Positions 55,234-64,000 of a stretch of DNA of 64,000 nucleotides are shown one piece after another. Location: positions 13,389 through 77,388 of the forward strand of contig JAKLLA010000020.1 in assembly GCA_023150375.1 (NCBI GenBank), given 5' to 3'. A program made the translations under genes and the position numbers. This stretch comes from Burkholderiaceae bacterium. GTDB taxonomy: Bacteria; Pseudomonadota; Gammaproteobacteria; Burkholderiales; Burkholderiaceae_C. The notes below the pieces were generated by a model that saw only the letters and a list, made by a program, of their open reading frames with translations, searched no databases and was not told where the DNA came from. Numbering within the stretch: the stretch's first letter is position 1; every line of letters begins with the position of its first letter.

Positions 55234-56997
55234 ATGATTTCGCCTTCTGCCCCGAGCAATCCCCCGAACCCGGGGGGCGGTGCCTCCGACGACGAACTGC
55301 GTGCGGCCTTTGCCGAGTTGCGGCCGGCGCTGCGCCGCGCCGCCGGCTTCGGCGCGGCGGCCAGCGTGCTGGCGCTGGCGCCCTCCTGGTACATGCTGGA
55401 GGTCTACGACCGCGTCGTGAACTCGCGCAGCGGCATGACGCTGGCGATGCTGACGCTGGCCATCGTGCTGGCCTACCTGCTCACCGCGGTGCAGGAGTGG
55501 GCCCGCGGCGCCCTGCTGCATGCGGCCGGCGCGAGCCTGGATGCCCGCCTGGGCCCGCGGCTGTTCGACGCGGCCATGGCGGCCCAGCGGCGCCGCCTGC
55601 CCGAGGGCGGTCCGCAGGCGCTGGCCGACCTGCGCAGCCTGCGCGAGGCGCTGGCCTCGCCGGCCTTTCACGCACTGTTCGAGGCGCCGATGGTGCTGAT
55701 CTGCTTCGCGCTGCTCTACGCGCTGAACCCCTGGATCGGTGTCGTGGCGATGGGGGCCGCGCTGCTGCAGGGCGGCATCGGCTGGATGAACCAGCGCCGC
55801 AGCGGCGAGCTGCTGCGGCAGGCCAACCAGCAGGCCATGGCCGCGCAGGCCGATGCCGACCGCAGCTTGGCACAGGCCCCGACCGCGCTGGCGCTGGGCA
55901 TGCTCGGCGGCCTGCAGGCCCGCTGGCAGCAGCGCCAGGGCGAGGCGCTGGCGCTGCAGGCGCAGGCTTCCGTCATCGCCGGACGCTGGCAGGCGGCGGC
56001 CAAGCTGCTGCAGAACGGCGTCAACTCCGGCTTCCTCGGGCTGAGCGCCTGGTTCCTGCTGCAGGGCCAGCTGGCCGGCGGCCAGGGCATGCTGATCGTC
56101 GCGGGCATCCTCGGCGGGCGAGCGCTGACGCCCTTCGTGCAGGTGATCACCCAGTGGAGCACCGTGCAGCAGGCCCGCGAGGCCTGGCAGCGCCTGCAGC
56201 GCCTGCTGGCCGCCGAGCCGGCCCCGCAGCCGGGCATGCCGCTGCCCGCACCGCGCGGCGAGCTGCGCGTGGAGGGCCTCAGCCTGCTGCTGCCCGGCAG
56301 CAGCACCGCGCTGCTGCGTGACCTGAACTTCGCGCTCGCCCCTGGCCAGGTGCTGGCGGTGCTGGGTGCCTCCGGTGCCGGCAAATCCACCCTGGCGCGC
56401 CTGCTGGTGGGCCTGCAGGCGCCCACCCAGGGCAAGGTGCGGCTGGACGGCGTGGATGTGGCGAGCTGGCCGAAGGCGGAGCTCGGTCCCCACCTGGGCT
56501 ACCTGCCGCAGGGCGTGGACCTGCTCGACGGCAGCCTGGCCGAGAACATCGCCCGTTTCGGCGACGTGAGTCCCGAGCAGCTCGACGCGGTGATCGAGGC
56601 CTGCGGCCTGCGCAGCCTGGTCGAGGCCCTGCCCGAGGGCCTGCAGACCCGGCTGGGGCCGGACGGCGCGCGCCTCTCGGGTGGCCAGCGCCAGCGTGTC
56701 GCGCTGGCCCGGGCGATGGTCGGCAAACCCGCCCTGGTGGTGCTGGACGAGCCCAATGCTCACCTCGACGAAGAGGGGGATGCTGCGCTGCTGCGGCTGA
56801 TCGAGGCCGCCCGCAGGCGCGGCTGCAGCTTTGTGGTGGTCACGCACCGCATCGGCGTGCTGCAGGCCGCCGACCGGGTGCTGGTGCTGCACGAGGGCCA
56901 GCAGCGCGCCTTCGGCCCGCGCGACGAGGTGCTGGCCGCGATCCGCAAGGCCGGCGAGGCCGCCCGCCAGCGCGTCGCTGCGCCGGTGGCCGCCTGA
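55234..56997 (+). CDS. type I secretion system permease/ATPase (PrtD/HasD type, no C39 domain), copy 1
   Basis: 587 aa. N-terminal 6-TM domain. Walker A LGASGAGKSTLARLL, signature LSGGQRQRVALARAM, Walker B LVVLDEPNAHLDEEG, H-loop VVVTHR. Confidence 0.9.
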   Translation: MISPSAPSNPPNPGGGASDDELRAAFAELRPALRRAAGFGAAASVLALAPSWYMLEVYDRVVNSRSGMTLAMLTLAIVLAYLLTAVQEWARGALLHAAGASLDARLGPRLFDAAMAAQRRRLPEGGPQALADLRSLREALASPAFHALFEAPMVLICFALLYALNPWIGVVAMGAALLQGGIGWMNQRRSGELLRQANQQAMAAQADADRSLAQAPTALALGMLGGLQARWQQRQGEALALQAQASVIAGRWQAAAKLLQNGVNSGFLGLSAWFLLQGQLAGGQGMLIVAGILGGRALTPFVQVITQWSTVQQAREAWQRLQRLLAAEPAPQPGMPLPAPRGELRVEGLSLLLPGSSTALLRDLNFALAPGQVLAVLGASGAGKSTLARLLVGLQAPTQGKVRLDGVDVASWPKAELGPHLGYLPQGVDLLDGSLAENIARFGDVSPEQLDAVIEACGLRSLVEALPEGLQTRLGPDGARLSGGQRQRVALARAMVGKPALVVLDEPNAHLDEEGDAALLRLIEAARRRGCSFVVVTHRIGVLQAADRVLVLHEGQQRAFGPRDEVLAAIRKAGEAARQRVAAPVAA

Positions 56998-57014
56998 ACC
57001 GGACAGGGAACCCC

Positions 57015-58781
57015 ATGGACAGGATTCAAACTCCCCCATCGGCCGGCGAGGTCGACCTGCGTGCCGGCGCGGCCGAGCTGCGCGGCCTGCTGCAGCGCAT
57101 GCGCACCACCTGGGCGCGTCTGGCGCTGGCCAGCTGCACGATCAACCTGCTGATGCTGGTGCCCACGCTGTACATGCTGCAGGTCTACGACCGCGTCATG
57201 ATCAGCCAGAACCCGCTGACCCTGCTGGCGGTGTCGCTGGTGGCCGCGGCGCTTCTGGTGCTGATGGCGATGGCCGAGAGCTGGCGCAGCCGCTGGCAGG
57301 TGCGCGCCAGCCTGGGGCTGGAATCGGCGCTGGCGGCCCGGGTGTTCCGCGCCAGTGCCGAAGCCGGCCTGAACCGCCTGAATGCCCCCGGCGCCCAGCC
57401 GCTGGCCGACCTGACGTCGCTGCGCCAGTTCCTGGCCGGGCCGGGGGTGCATGCCCTGTTCGACACGCCCTGGACGCCGATCTTCCTGGCCGTGCTCTGG
57501 CTGCTGCACCCGCAGCTGGCGCTGCTGGCGCTGGTCTTCGTCGGGCTGCAGTTCGCCCTGGCAGGGTGGAGCCAGCGCAGCCTGGCCGGGCCGACGGCGG
57601 CGGTGCACACCGCGCTGCGCCAGGAGCAGCTGCTGCTGCGCGGCACGGCCCGCCATGCCGAGGTGGCCGAGGCGCTGGGCATGCTGCCCGCACTGCGCCG
57701 GCACTGGGCGGCGCGGCGCGCGCAGCAGTGCGGCCTGGGCGTGGCGCAGCAGGACCTGACCCAGCGCCTGGCGGCGGCCAGCCGGCTGCTGCGCCACTGC
57801 CAGCAGTCCGCCTCGCTGGCGCTGGGCGCCTGGCTGGTCATCGACGGCCAGATCAGCGTCGGCGCGATGATCGCCGCCAACGTGCTGATGACCCGCGCGC
57901 TGGCGCCCATCGATGCGCTGGTCGGCCACTGGCGCCAGGCCCTCGGTGCGCGGGAATCCTTCCAGCGCCTGGCGCAGCTGCTGCAGGAGCAGCCGGTGCG
58001 CCGCGGCCTGCCCGTGGAGGTCGAGCCGCACGGCCAGCTCGAGCTGCTCGGGCTGCGCGCCACCGCTCCCGGGCGGCAGGCGCCGCTGCTCGACGGGGTG
58101 AGCCTGCGCTTCGAGCCCGGCACGGTCACGGCCGTGATGGGCGCCTCCGGTGCCGGCAAGTCCACCCTGGCCCGGGCGGCGGTGGGCCTGTGGCCCCAGG
58201 TCGAAGGCGAGCTGCTGCTCGACGGCCGGCCGCTGGCGCAGATCGACCGCGCTGCCCTGGGCCGCCACCTCGGCTATCTGCCGCAGGATCTCGAGCTGCT
58301 GGACGGCAGCGTGGCCGACAACATCGCCCGCTTCACGCGGCCGGATCCGGCGCAGGTGATCGCCGCGGCCCAGGCCTGCGGCCTGCACGAGGCCATCCTG
58401 CGCCTGCCGCGCGGCTACGACACCCCTGTGGGCGAGGGCGGCCACCTGCTCTCCGGCGGCATGCGCCAGCGCATCGCGCTGGCCCGCGCGGTGTACGGCG
58501 CACCCCGCCTGCTGGTGCTCGACGAGCCGAACGCCAACCTCGACGAGGCCGGCGAAGCCGCCCTGCTGCGCCTGCTGCAGACCCTGCGCCAGCAGGGCAG
58601 CACGGTGCTGCTGGTCTGCCACCGCCCCGCGGTGCTGGCCGCGGCCGACCGCATCGTGCGCCTGCACGAGGGGCGCGTGGTGGCCGACGGCCCGCGCGAT
58701 CAGGTGCTGGCGGCGCTCACCCCGGCCCGGCCCGGCGCGCCGGGACGCCCGGGCCTGCCGATCCGGCTGCAGCCCGGCTGA
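57015..58781 (+). CDS. type I secretion system permease/ATPase, copy 2
   Basis: 588 aa. Walker A MGASGAGKSTLARAA, signature LSGGMRQRIALARAV, Walker B LLVLDEPNANLDEAG, H-loop LLVCHR. It starts 17 nt after copy 1. Confidence 0.9.
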   Translation: MDRIQTPPSAGEVDLRAGAAELRGLLQRMRTTWARLALASCTINLLMLVPTLYMLQVYDRVMISQNPLTLLAVSLVAAALLVLMAMAESWRSRWQVRASLGLESALAARVFRASAEAGLNRLNAPGAQPLADLTSLRQFLAGPGVHALFDTPWTPIFLAVLWLLHPQLALLALVFVGLQFALAGWSQRSLAGPTAAVHTALRQEQLLLRGTARHAEVAEALGMLPALRRHWAARRAQQCGLGVAQQDLTQRLAAASRLLRHCQQSASLALGAWLVIDGQISVGAMIAANVLMTRALAPIDALVGHWRQALGARESFQRLAQLLQEQPVRRGLPVEVEPHGQLELLGLRATAPGRQAPLLDGVSLRFEPGTVTAVMGASGAGKSTLARAAVGLWPQVEGELLLDGRPLAQIDRAALGRHLGYLPQDLELLDGSVADNIARFTRPDPAQVIAAAQACGLHEAILRLPRGYDTPVGEGGHLLSGGMRQRIALARAVYGAPRLLVLDEPNANLDEAGEAALLRLLQTLRQQGSTVLLVCHRPAVLAAADRIVRLHEGRVVADGPRDQVLAALTPARPGAPGRPGLPIRLQPG

Positions 58782-58884
58782 GGCGCCGCCGCACGCACGA
58801 CCCTCCCCGGCCGCCATTCGATTCACCCCCGCCGGCAGGGCGCTCCGCGCCCCCTTGCCGGCCGCATCGCAGGACCTGCGCAGC

Positions 58885-60222
58885 ATGGAACTCAGTCTCC
58901 CTTCCGCCGACGCCGCCTCCCGACCGGCGGCCCCGCCGGTGTCCGACGCGCCCCGCACCCTGCGCTGGGCTGCGCTGGCCAGCGCCCTTTGTCTGGGGGC
59001 GCTGGGCCTCTGGGTGGCTACGGCCCCACTGGACGAGGGCGTGCCAGCGCCCGGCCAAGTGGTGATCGACTCCAAGCGCAAGCCGGTGCAACACGCCAGC
59101 GGCGGCATCGTGCGCCAGGTCCTGGTGCGTGAGGGCATGCAGGTGCGCGAGGGCCAGCCCCTGTACCTGCTGGACGACGTGGCCGCGCGGGCCAACCACG
59201 AGGAGGTGCGCCAGCGCTACCTCGGTCTGCGCGCGATGGAGGCCCGTCTGCAGGCCGAGCGCGACGGCAGCCCGGCGATGACGCCGCACCCTGACCTGCA
59301 GGCGGCGCTGGCCGATCCGGCCATCCAGCTGCAGTGGCTCACCCAGCAGCAGCTGCTGGCCAACCGCCGCGCGGCGCTGCAGGCCGAGCTGGACGGCATC
59401 GAGCAGGGCATCCAGGGCCAGCGCGCGGCGCTGCAGTCCTACCGCGGCATGCTCGAGAGCCGGCGTGGCCAGCTCGCGCTGCTGGAGGACGAACTGGGGC
59501 ACACCCGCGGCCTGGTGGCCGAGGGCTACGCGCCGCGCAACCGTCAGCTCGAGCTCGAGCGCCAGGCGGCCGAACTGCGCGCTACCCTGGCCGACCTGCA
59601 GGGCAATATCGAACGCGCGCAGCGCAGCATCGCCGAGTTCGAGCAGCGTGCCCGCCAGCGCCAGCAGGAATACCGCAAGGAGGTGGCCGGCCAGCAGGCC
59701 GAGGTGCTGCGGGAGGTGCAGGGCGGCGCAGCCAAGCTGGCGGCGCTGCGCGACGAGCTCGGCCGCACCGAGGTGCGCGCCCCGGCCGACGGCCAGGTGG
59801 TCGGGCTGGAGGTGCAGGGGGTCGGCGCGGTGATCCAGCCGGCGCAGAAGCTCGCCGACGTGGTGCCGGCCGAGGAGGCGCTGCTGCTCGAGGTGCGCGT
59901 GCCGCCCCATGTCATCGACCGCGTGCGCGCCGGCCAGCCGGTGGACGTGCGCTTCTCCGGCTTCGCGCACACGCCGCAGCTGGTGGTCGACGGCCAGGTG
60001 CGCTCGGTCTCTGCCGACGCGCTGACCGACGCGGCCACCCACCAGACCTACTACCTGGCGCGCGTGGCCCTCACCGAGGCTGGCCAGCGCGCGCTCGGCG
60101 CGCGCGAGATGCAGCCCGGCATGCCGGTGGAGGTGCTGCTGCGCACCGGCGAGCGTTCCTTCCTGGCCTACTTCCTGCAGCCGCTGCTGCGGCGCGTGGC
60201 CGCCTCGATGACCGAGGAGTGA
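58885..60222 (+). CDS. HlyD-family type I secretion membrane-fusion protein
   Basis: TM anchor (LASALCLGALGLWVATAPL), GQVVIDSKRKPVQHASGGIVRQVLVREGMQVREGQPL, long coiled coil, and C-terminal GMPVEVLLRTGERSFLAYFLQPL. The track start at 58855 is a TTG; the ATG at 58885 is preferred. Confidence 0.88.
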   Translation: MELSLPSADAASRPAAPPVSDAPRTLRWAALASALCLGALGLWVATAPLDEGVPAPGQVVIDSKRKPVQHASGGIVRQVLVREGMQVREGQPLYLLDDVAARANHEEVRQRYLGLRAMEARLQAERDGSPAMTPHPDLQAALADPAIQLQWLTQQQLLANRRAALQAELDGIEQGIQGQRAALQSYRGMLESRRGQLALLEDELGHTRGLVAEGYAPRNRQLELERQAAELRATLADLQGNIERAQRSIAEFEQRARQRQQEYRKEVAGQQAEVLREVQGGAAKLAALRDELGRTEVRAPADGQVVGLEVQGVGAVIQPAQKLADVVPAEEALLLEVRVPPHVIDRVRAGQPVDVRFSGFAHTPQLVVDGQVRSVSADALTDAATHQTYYLARVALTEAGQRALGAREMQPGMPVEVLLRTGERSFLAYFLQPLLRRVAASMTEE

Positions 60223-60227
60223 GCCGC

Positions 60228-61775
60228 ATGACCCGACGCCTTCCGAAGCCGCGCCGCCGGCCCGCTGCAGGGCCCGCCTCCCCTGGCGCCCTGCGGCGCA
60301 GCGCATGGCTGGCCGGCCTGACCGTGCTCGCCGCCCTGCTCGCCCCCGCTGCGGCAGCCCAGGAGGCCCAGGTCGTCGCGCCTGCGGTCGCCGCGCCGGC
60401 ACCCCCGGCCGTACCGGAGCTGCCACGCATCGACGGGCCGCTGAACCTGCGCAGCGCCTGGCGGGCCGCGCTGGCCCACGATCCCGGTCTGCAGGCTGCC
60501 CGCGCCGGCGCCCAGGCCGGGCGCGAGGGCGTGGTGGTGGCCCGCTCGCAGTGGCTGCCCCAGGTCACCCTGAGCGCCAGCCGCCAGCGCAACGACCTGC
60601 GCACGCGCAGCGCCGCCAGCTCCACCCAGCCGGGCGGTGTGACCGAACAGGCCTACACCAGCAGCACCCAGCAGCTCACGCTGCGTCAGGCGATCTGGCA
60701 GCCCGCCCAGGACGCGGCGGTGGCCGTGGCCGCCGCCCAGGCCGCCGAGGCCGAGTCGGGCGAGCTGCAAGCCCGCCAGGACCTGGCCCTGCGTGTGGCC
60801 GAGGCCTACTTCGAGTACCTGCTGGCCGAGCAGCAGATCGCCCTGGTCGAGGCACAGACCGCCGCCCATGCCCGCCAGCTCGAGGCAGCGCGCCGGGCCC
60901 TCGAGGCCGGCAGCGGCACGCGCACCGACATCGACGAGGCGCAGGCCAGGCTGGACCTCGACGGCGCCGATGCGCTGCTGGCGCACCAGCAGCTCGAGCG
61001 CGCTCGGCTGATGCTCGAGCAGCAGGTCGGCCAGCCGGTGGAAAGTGCGGCCCGGCTCGATGCAGCCCGCTTCGACGCCACGCCGCCCGAGCCCGGCGCC
61101 CTGGACGACTGGCTGCGGCTGGCGGCGCACTTCAGCGCCGAGCTGCAGGCTCTGCAGGCGCGCCGCGATGCCGCGGCCCATGAGGTCGAACGCGCCCGGG
61201 CGCGCCACCAGCCCACCCTGGACCTGGTGCTGCAGCACAGCCGCAACAGCCCCGAGAGCAGCACCCGGCAGGACAGCCGCAGCCTGAACCGCAGCATCGG
61301 CCTGCAGTTCAACCTGCCGATCTACGCCGGCGGCGGCCACGACGCCGCGCTGCGCCAGGCCCAGGCCGAGCTGCAGCGCCAGGAAGCCCTGCTTGCGGCC
61401 GCGCGCCTGGACCTGCAGCTGCGCGTACAGCAGACCCACCGCAGCGTCCAGGAAGGCCTGCAGCGCGTCAGGGCGCTGCAGCAGGCGCTGCGCTCGGCCG
61501 AGCAGATGGTGCGCTCGGTCGGCCGCTCGTACCAGGCGGGCGTGCGCAGCACCGTCGATGTGCTCGATGCCGAGCAGCGCCTGGTCGAGGCGCGCCGCAA
61601 CCTGCTGCAGACCCGGCTGACCACGCTGCTGTCCACCCTGCGTCTGCGGGCCCTCGGAGGGGTGGTGGCCGACGCCGAAATCGAACGGCTCGACGCCTTC
61701 TTCGCCCCATCCGTCGGCAGCGCCACCTCCGGCCTGAACCCCGCGGATGCGGGGCGACCGGGGGCTGGGTCGTGA
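60228..61775 (+). CDS. TolC-family outer-membrane channel
   Basis: The ATG at 60228 lies 5 nt after the HlyD stop. It has a signal peptide and two repeats of the TolC helix pattern (LRSAWRAALAHDPGLQAARAGAQAGREGV... and ...QPTLDLVLQHSRN...GLQFNLPIYAGG). It lies inside track ORF 59334..61775. Confidence 0.85.
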   Translation: MTRRLPKPRRRPAAGPASPGALRRSAWLAGLTVLAALLAPAAAAQEAQVVAPAVAAPAPPAVPELPRIDGPLNLRSAWRAALAHDPGLQAARAGAQAGREGVVVARSQWLPQVTLSASRQRNDLRTRSAASSTQPGGVTEQAYTSSTQQLTLRQAIWQPAQDAAVAVAAAQAAEAESGELQARQDLALRVAEAYFEYLLAEQQIALVEAQTAAHARQLEAARRALEAGSGTRTDIDEAQARLDLDGADALLAHQQLERARLMLEQQVGQPVESAARLDAARFDATPPEPGALDDWLRLAAHFSAELQALQARRDAAAHEVERARARHQPTLDLVLQHSRNSPESSTRQDSRSLNRSIGLQFNLPIYAGGGHDAALRQAQAELQRQEALLAAARLDLQLRVQQTHRSVQEGLQRVRALQQALRSAEQMVRSVGRSYQAGVRSTVDVLDAEQRLVEARRNLLQTRLTTLLSTLRLRALGGVVADAEIERLDAFFAPSVGSATSGLNPADAGRPGAGS

Positions 61776-61967
61776 CCTTCGACACGTTTGCCGCCCGTAA
61801 CAGCGGCTCGCTGCACCAAGTTTCTCCAGTTCTCCGTCGCCGTGCCGAATGCACGCGATGGCCGGTCTGATGTAACTGCCCCGTCTTCCCTTCGCATTTC
61901 CGGAAATCGCCCCACGGTCGTCGCCCCGACGATGACCGACGCCCCCATCACCGTCAGAGGAAACCGA

Positions 61968-64000
61968 ATGTCTGCCCAATCGACCCAGATCCTGTTCATC
62001 GACGCGCGTGTGAGCGATGTCGACAGCCTGCTTGCCCATGTCGACCCGTCCCTCGAGGTCGTCCGTCTCGACGCCGCCCAGGACGGCCTGCTGCAGATCG
62101 CCCAGGCGCTGGCCGGGCGCAGCGGGATCGAGGCGCTGCACATCGTCTCGCACGGTGAGCCGGGGCGGCTGGTGCTGGGCAGCGGCGTGGTCGATGTGGC
62201 CTCGCTCGAGGCCGCCGGCGCCGAGCTGGCGTCGATCCGCGACGCCCTGACCGAACAGGCCGACCTGCTGCTGTACGGCTGCAACGTGGGCGAGGGTGAA
62301 TTCGGCGCGGCCTTCCTGGGCGCGCTGGCCGGTGCGACCGGGGCCGATGTGGCGGCGTCGGTGGATACCACTGGCGCGGCCTGGCTGGGGGGGGACTGGT
62401 CGCTCGAGGTCTCGACCGGCACCATCGAGGCGACTGCGCTGGAAGCGCCAGGGTACGAAGACGCAATGGCCGTGACATCGACCGTCACGGTCACGAGCGG
62501 CCCGTCGTCCAGCCCGCTGCCGTTTGCCAGCCGTGTCGTGAACATCGGCTTCAATTACGGTGGCTTCGGAGACACGCAGCCGCTGGCCGAAGCCAAGGAT
62601 TACTACGACCGGGATCCCTCCCACTATTCCACGCGCACTGTCTCCAGCATCACCGCCGGCAACGTGAGTGGGTTGGATCTGCTGTTCGTGTTTCAGCCGG
62701 CCAATGCGTTCACGAGTGCTCAGATTCAAGTTTTCCGAGATTTCCTGACGGCGGGTGGGCGGATCTTCTTCATCGGTGAGCACAATTACTACGCGCCGGT
62801 TCCGAACGCCAACATCTCGGCTGCCATCGCAGCCTTGGGTGGAAACATCAGCGTCGTTACCGAGGCTCTCTCGGATTCCTTGCACGACAACGGCGGTGAC
62901 GGCTACAAGGAACTGAGCAACTCGCCGCTCATGGCCGGTGTCACGAGTTTCAGGACGGCCGCCTTTGCGCCGCTCTCGGTCGAGACCACCATTTCCAAAG
63001 CCGTCATGGTGAACGACACGGGCCGTGTCGTCATCGCCGACCAAGCCTTGCTGAATGGCCGTGTCACGGTCATCGCCGATCAGAACTGGCTGGACGACTC
63101 TTTCCGGATCGCCGGCAATGAAACGTTCCTGCGCAACCTGGCCGCGGATTCGGCCGGCATGGTGGAGACCCAGGCCCAGGGTCTTCCTCCTCCGCCTGTC
63201 GAGCCTGTCTCCAACGCGGCGCCCACATTGACCACCTTCGCCGCAGCAGTCGGCACCGTCCAGGAAGAAGGCACCGTCCAGATCACGCTGGCGGACCTGA
63301 AGGCGCAGGGCAACGAAAGCGACGACAACGGGGTCGAGAGCTTCGTCGTCAAGGCCGTCACCAGTGGCACCCTGAAGATCGGTACATCCCTGGCCACGGC
63401 CACCGCATGGGTGCCCGGCAGCAACGATGTCGTCAGCGGATCGCTGAACGCCTATTGGACCCCTGCCGAGAACGCCAACGGCAGCCTGAATGCCTTCACG
63501 GTGGTGGCGCGAGATGCGGCAGGTCTGACGTCCTCGCCGGCCGTGCAGGTGCCCGTCTCGGTTACCCCCGTCAACGACGCACCCACGCTGGCCTCCAACG
63601 CCAGCCTGAATTCGATCTCGGAGGATCAGCCCTCCGACGCCAACCCCGGCAGCACGGTGCAGGCGCTGTTCGCGCCGCGCTTTGCCGACGTCGATGCTGG
63701 CCAGACCCTGGGCGGCATCATCGTCACCGGCAACAGCGCCGACGCCGTCACGCAGGGCAGCTGGCAGTACTACTCCGCCGGCCAATGGCATGACATCGGA
63801 TCCGTCGGCAGCGCCTCTGGTCTGGCCCTGTCGGCCTCGACCGCCATCCGCTTCGCGCCGGTGGCGAACTACAACGGCACGCCGCCCGGCCTGACCGTGC
63901 ATGGCACCGACAGTGCCTACGCCGGCGGCTACACCAGCGGCGCCAGCCGCGTGACCTTCGACACCACCAGCGACGCCGTGACCTCCGGCGTCACCGTGGC
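61968..64000 (+). CDS. giant DUF4347-domain / cadherin-like-repeat secreted protein, 5' part (runs off the right edge)
   Basis: Absent from the ORF track because it has no stop in the window. The ATG at 61968 follows GAGGAAA. ILFIDARVSDVDSLL...ALHIVSHGEPGRLVLGS...LLLYGCNVGEG...ATGADVAASVDTTGAAWLGGDWSLE is the DUF4347 pattern. Repeated ...PVNDAPT... VCBS/cadherin-like modules follow. It lies immediately downstream of the T1SS genes. Confidence 0.8.
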   Translation, partial: MSAQSTQILFIDARVSDVDSLLAHVDPSLEVVRLDAAQDGLLQIAQALAGRSGIEALHIVSHGEPGRLVLGSGVVDVASLEAAGAELASIRDALTEQADLLLYGCNVGEGEFGAAFLGALAGATGADVAASVDTTGAAWLGGDWSLEVSTGTIEATALEAPGYEDAMAVTSTVTVTSGPSSSPLPFASRVVNIGFNYGGFGDTQPLAEAKDYYDRDPSHYSTRTVSSITAGNVSGLDLLFVFQPANAFTSAQIQVFRDFLTAGGRIFFIGEHNYYAPVPNANISAAIAALGGNISVVTEALSDSLHDNGGDGYKELSNSPLMAGVTSFRTAAFAPLSVETTISKAVMVNDTGRVVIADQALLNGRVTVIADQNWLDDSFRIAGNETFLRNLAADSAGMVETQAQGLPPPPVEPVSNAAPTLTTFAAAVGTVQEEGTVQITLADLKAQGNESDDNGVESFVVKAVTSGTLKIGTSLATATAWVPGSNDVVSGSLNAYWTPAENANGSLNAFTVVARDAAGLTSSPAVQVPVSVTPVNDAPTLASNASLNSISEDQPSDANPGSTVQALFAPRFADVDAGQTLGGIIVTGNSADAVTQGSWQYYSAGQWHDIGSVGSASGLALSASTAIRFAPVANYNGTPPGLTVHGTDSAYAGGYTSGASRVTFDTTSDAVTSGVTV

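Noticed and set aside
60168-63902. 1244-aa minus-strand ORF spanning the tolC-like gene and the DUF4347 gene
   Set aside because: It is antisense to two well-supported plus-strand genes, has a low-complexity Gly/Arg/Ala composition, and crosses an intergenic region.

Overview
High-GC (roughly 70%) proteobacterial chromosomal segment. A Bug/TctC-type binding protein and the codon bias suggest Burkholderiales, but that is inference only. The centre of the window (about 9.4-37.3 kb) is a complete type III-B (Cmr) CRISPR-Cas locus. It is bracketed by two large same-orientation arrays of 43 and 58 copies (hand count) of a 37-nt repeat, and the two arrays differ by one fixed nucleotide. The order is: array 1; NE0113-like CARF; GIY-YIG-like ORF; cmr1-cas10-cmr3-cmr4-cmr5-cmr6; an antisense RHH/PIN toxin-antitoxin pair; cas6-MNT-HEPN-csx16-card1/can2 with overlapping stops and starts; a decayed third leader plus 3-repeat array; two glycine-zipper membrane proteins; a second NE0113-like CARF; an antisense Phd/VapC pair; cas2-cas1-(cas1-like)-(cas2-like); array 2. 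The most interesting unexplained content is the two 'CARF paralogue plus unknown partner' units (a GIY-YIG-like protein, and a membrane pair), the apparently catalytically degenerate second Cas1, and spacer sets that tile the same coding target with only synonymous differences. The left flank holds a CBS/DUF294 gene (partial), a UspA-family gene, a 2080-aa alpha-2-macroglobulin with an intact CLEQ thioester motif, and a triple TonB_C protein. The right flank holds a Uma2 endonuclease, a Bug/TctC binding protein, a THUMP methyltransferase, a 2-hydroxyacid dehydrogenase, FtsH, an MCP, an 1852-aa multi-PAS/GAF hybrid kinase, a metallophosphoesterase, alaC, and a type I secretion cluster (two tandem ABC genes, HlyD, TolC) followed by a giant DUF4347 protein that runs off the window. 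Many long ORFs in the supplied track are Arg/Ala/Gly/Pro-rich shadow frames of these genes or translations of CRISPR repeats. All family assignments come from motif recognition by eye; no searches were run.
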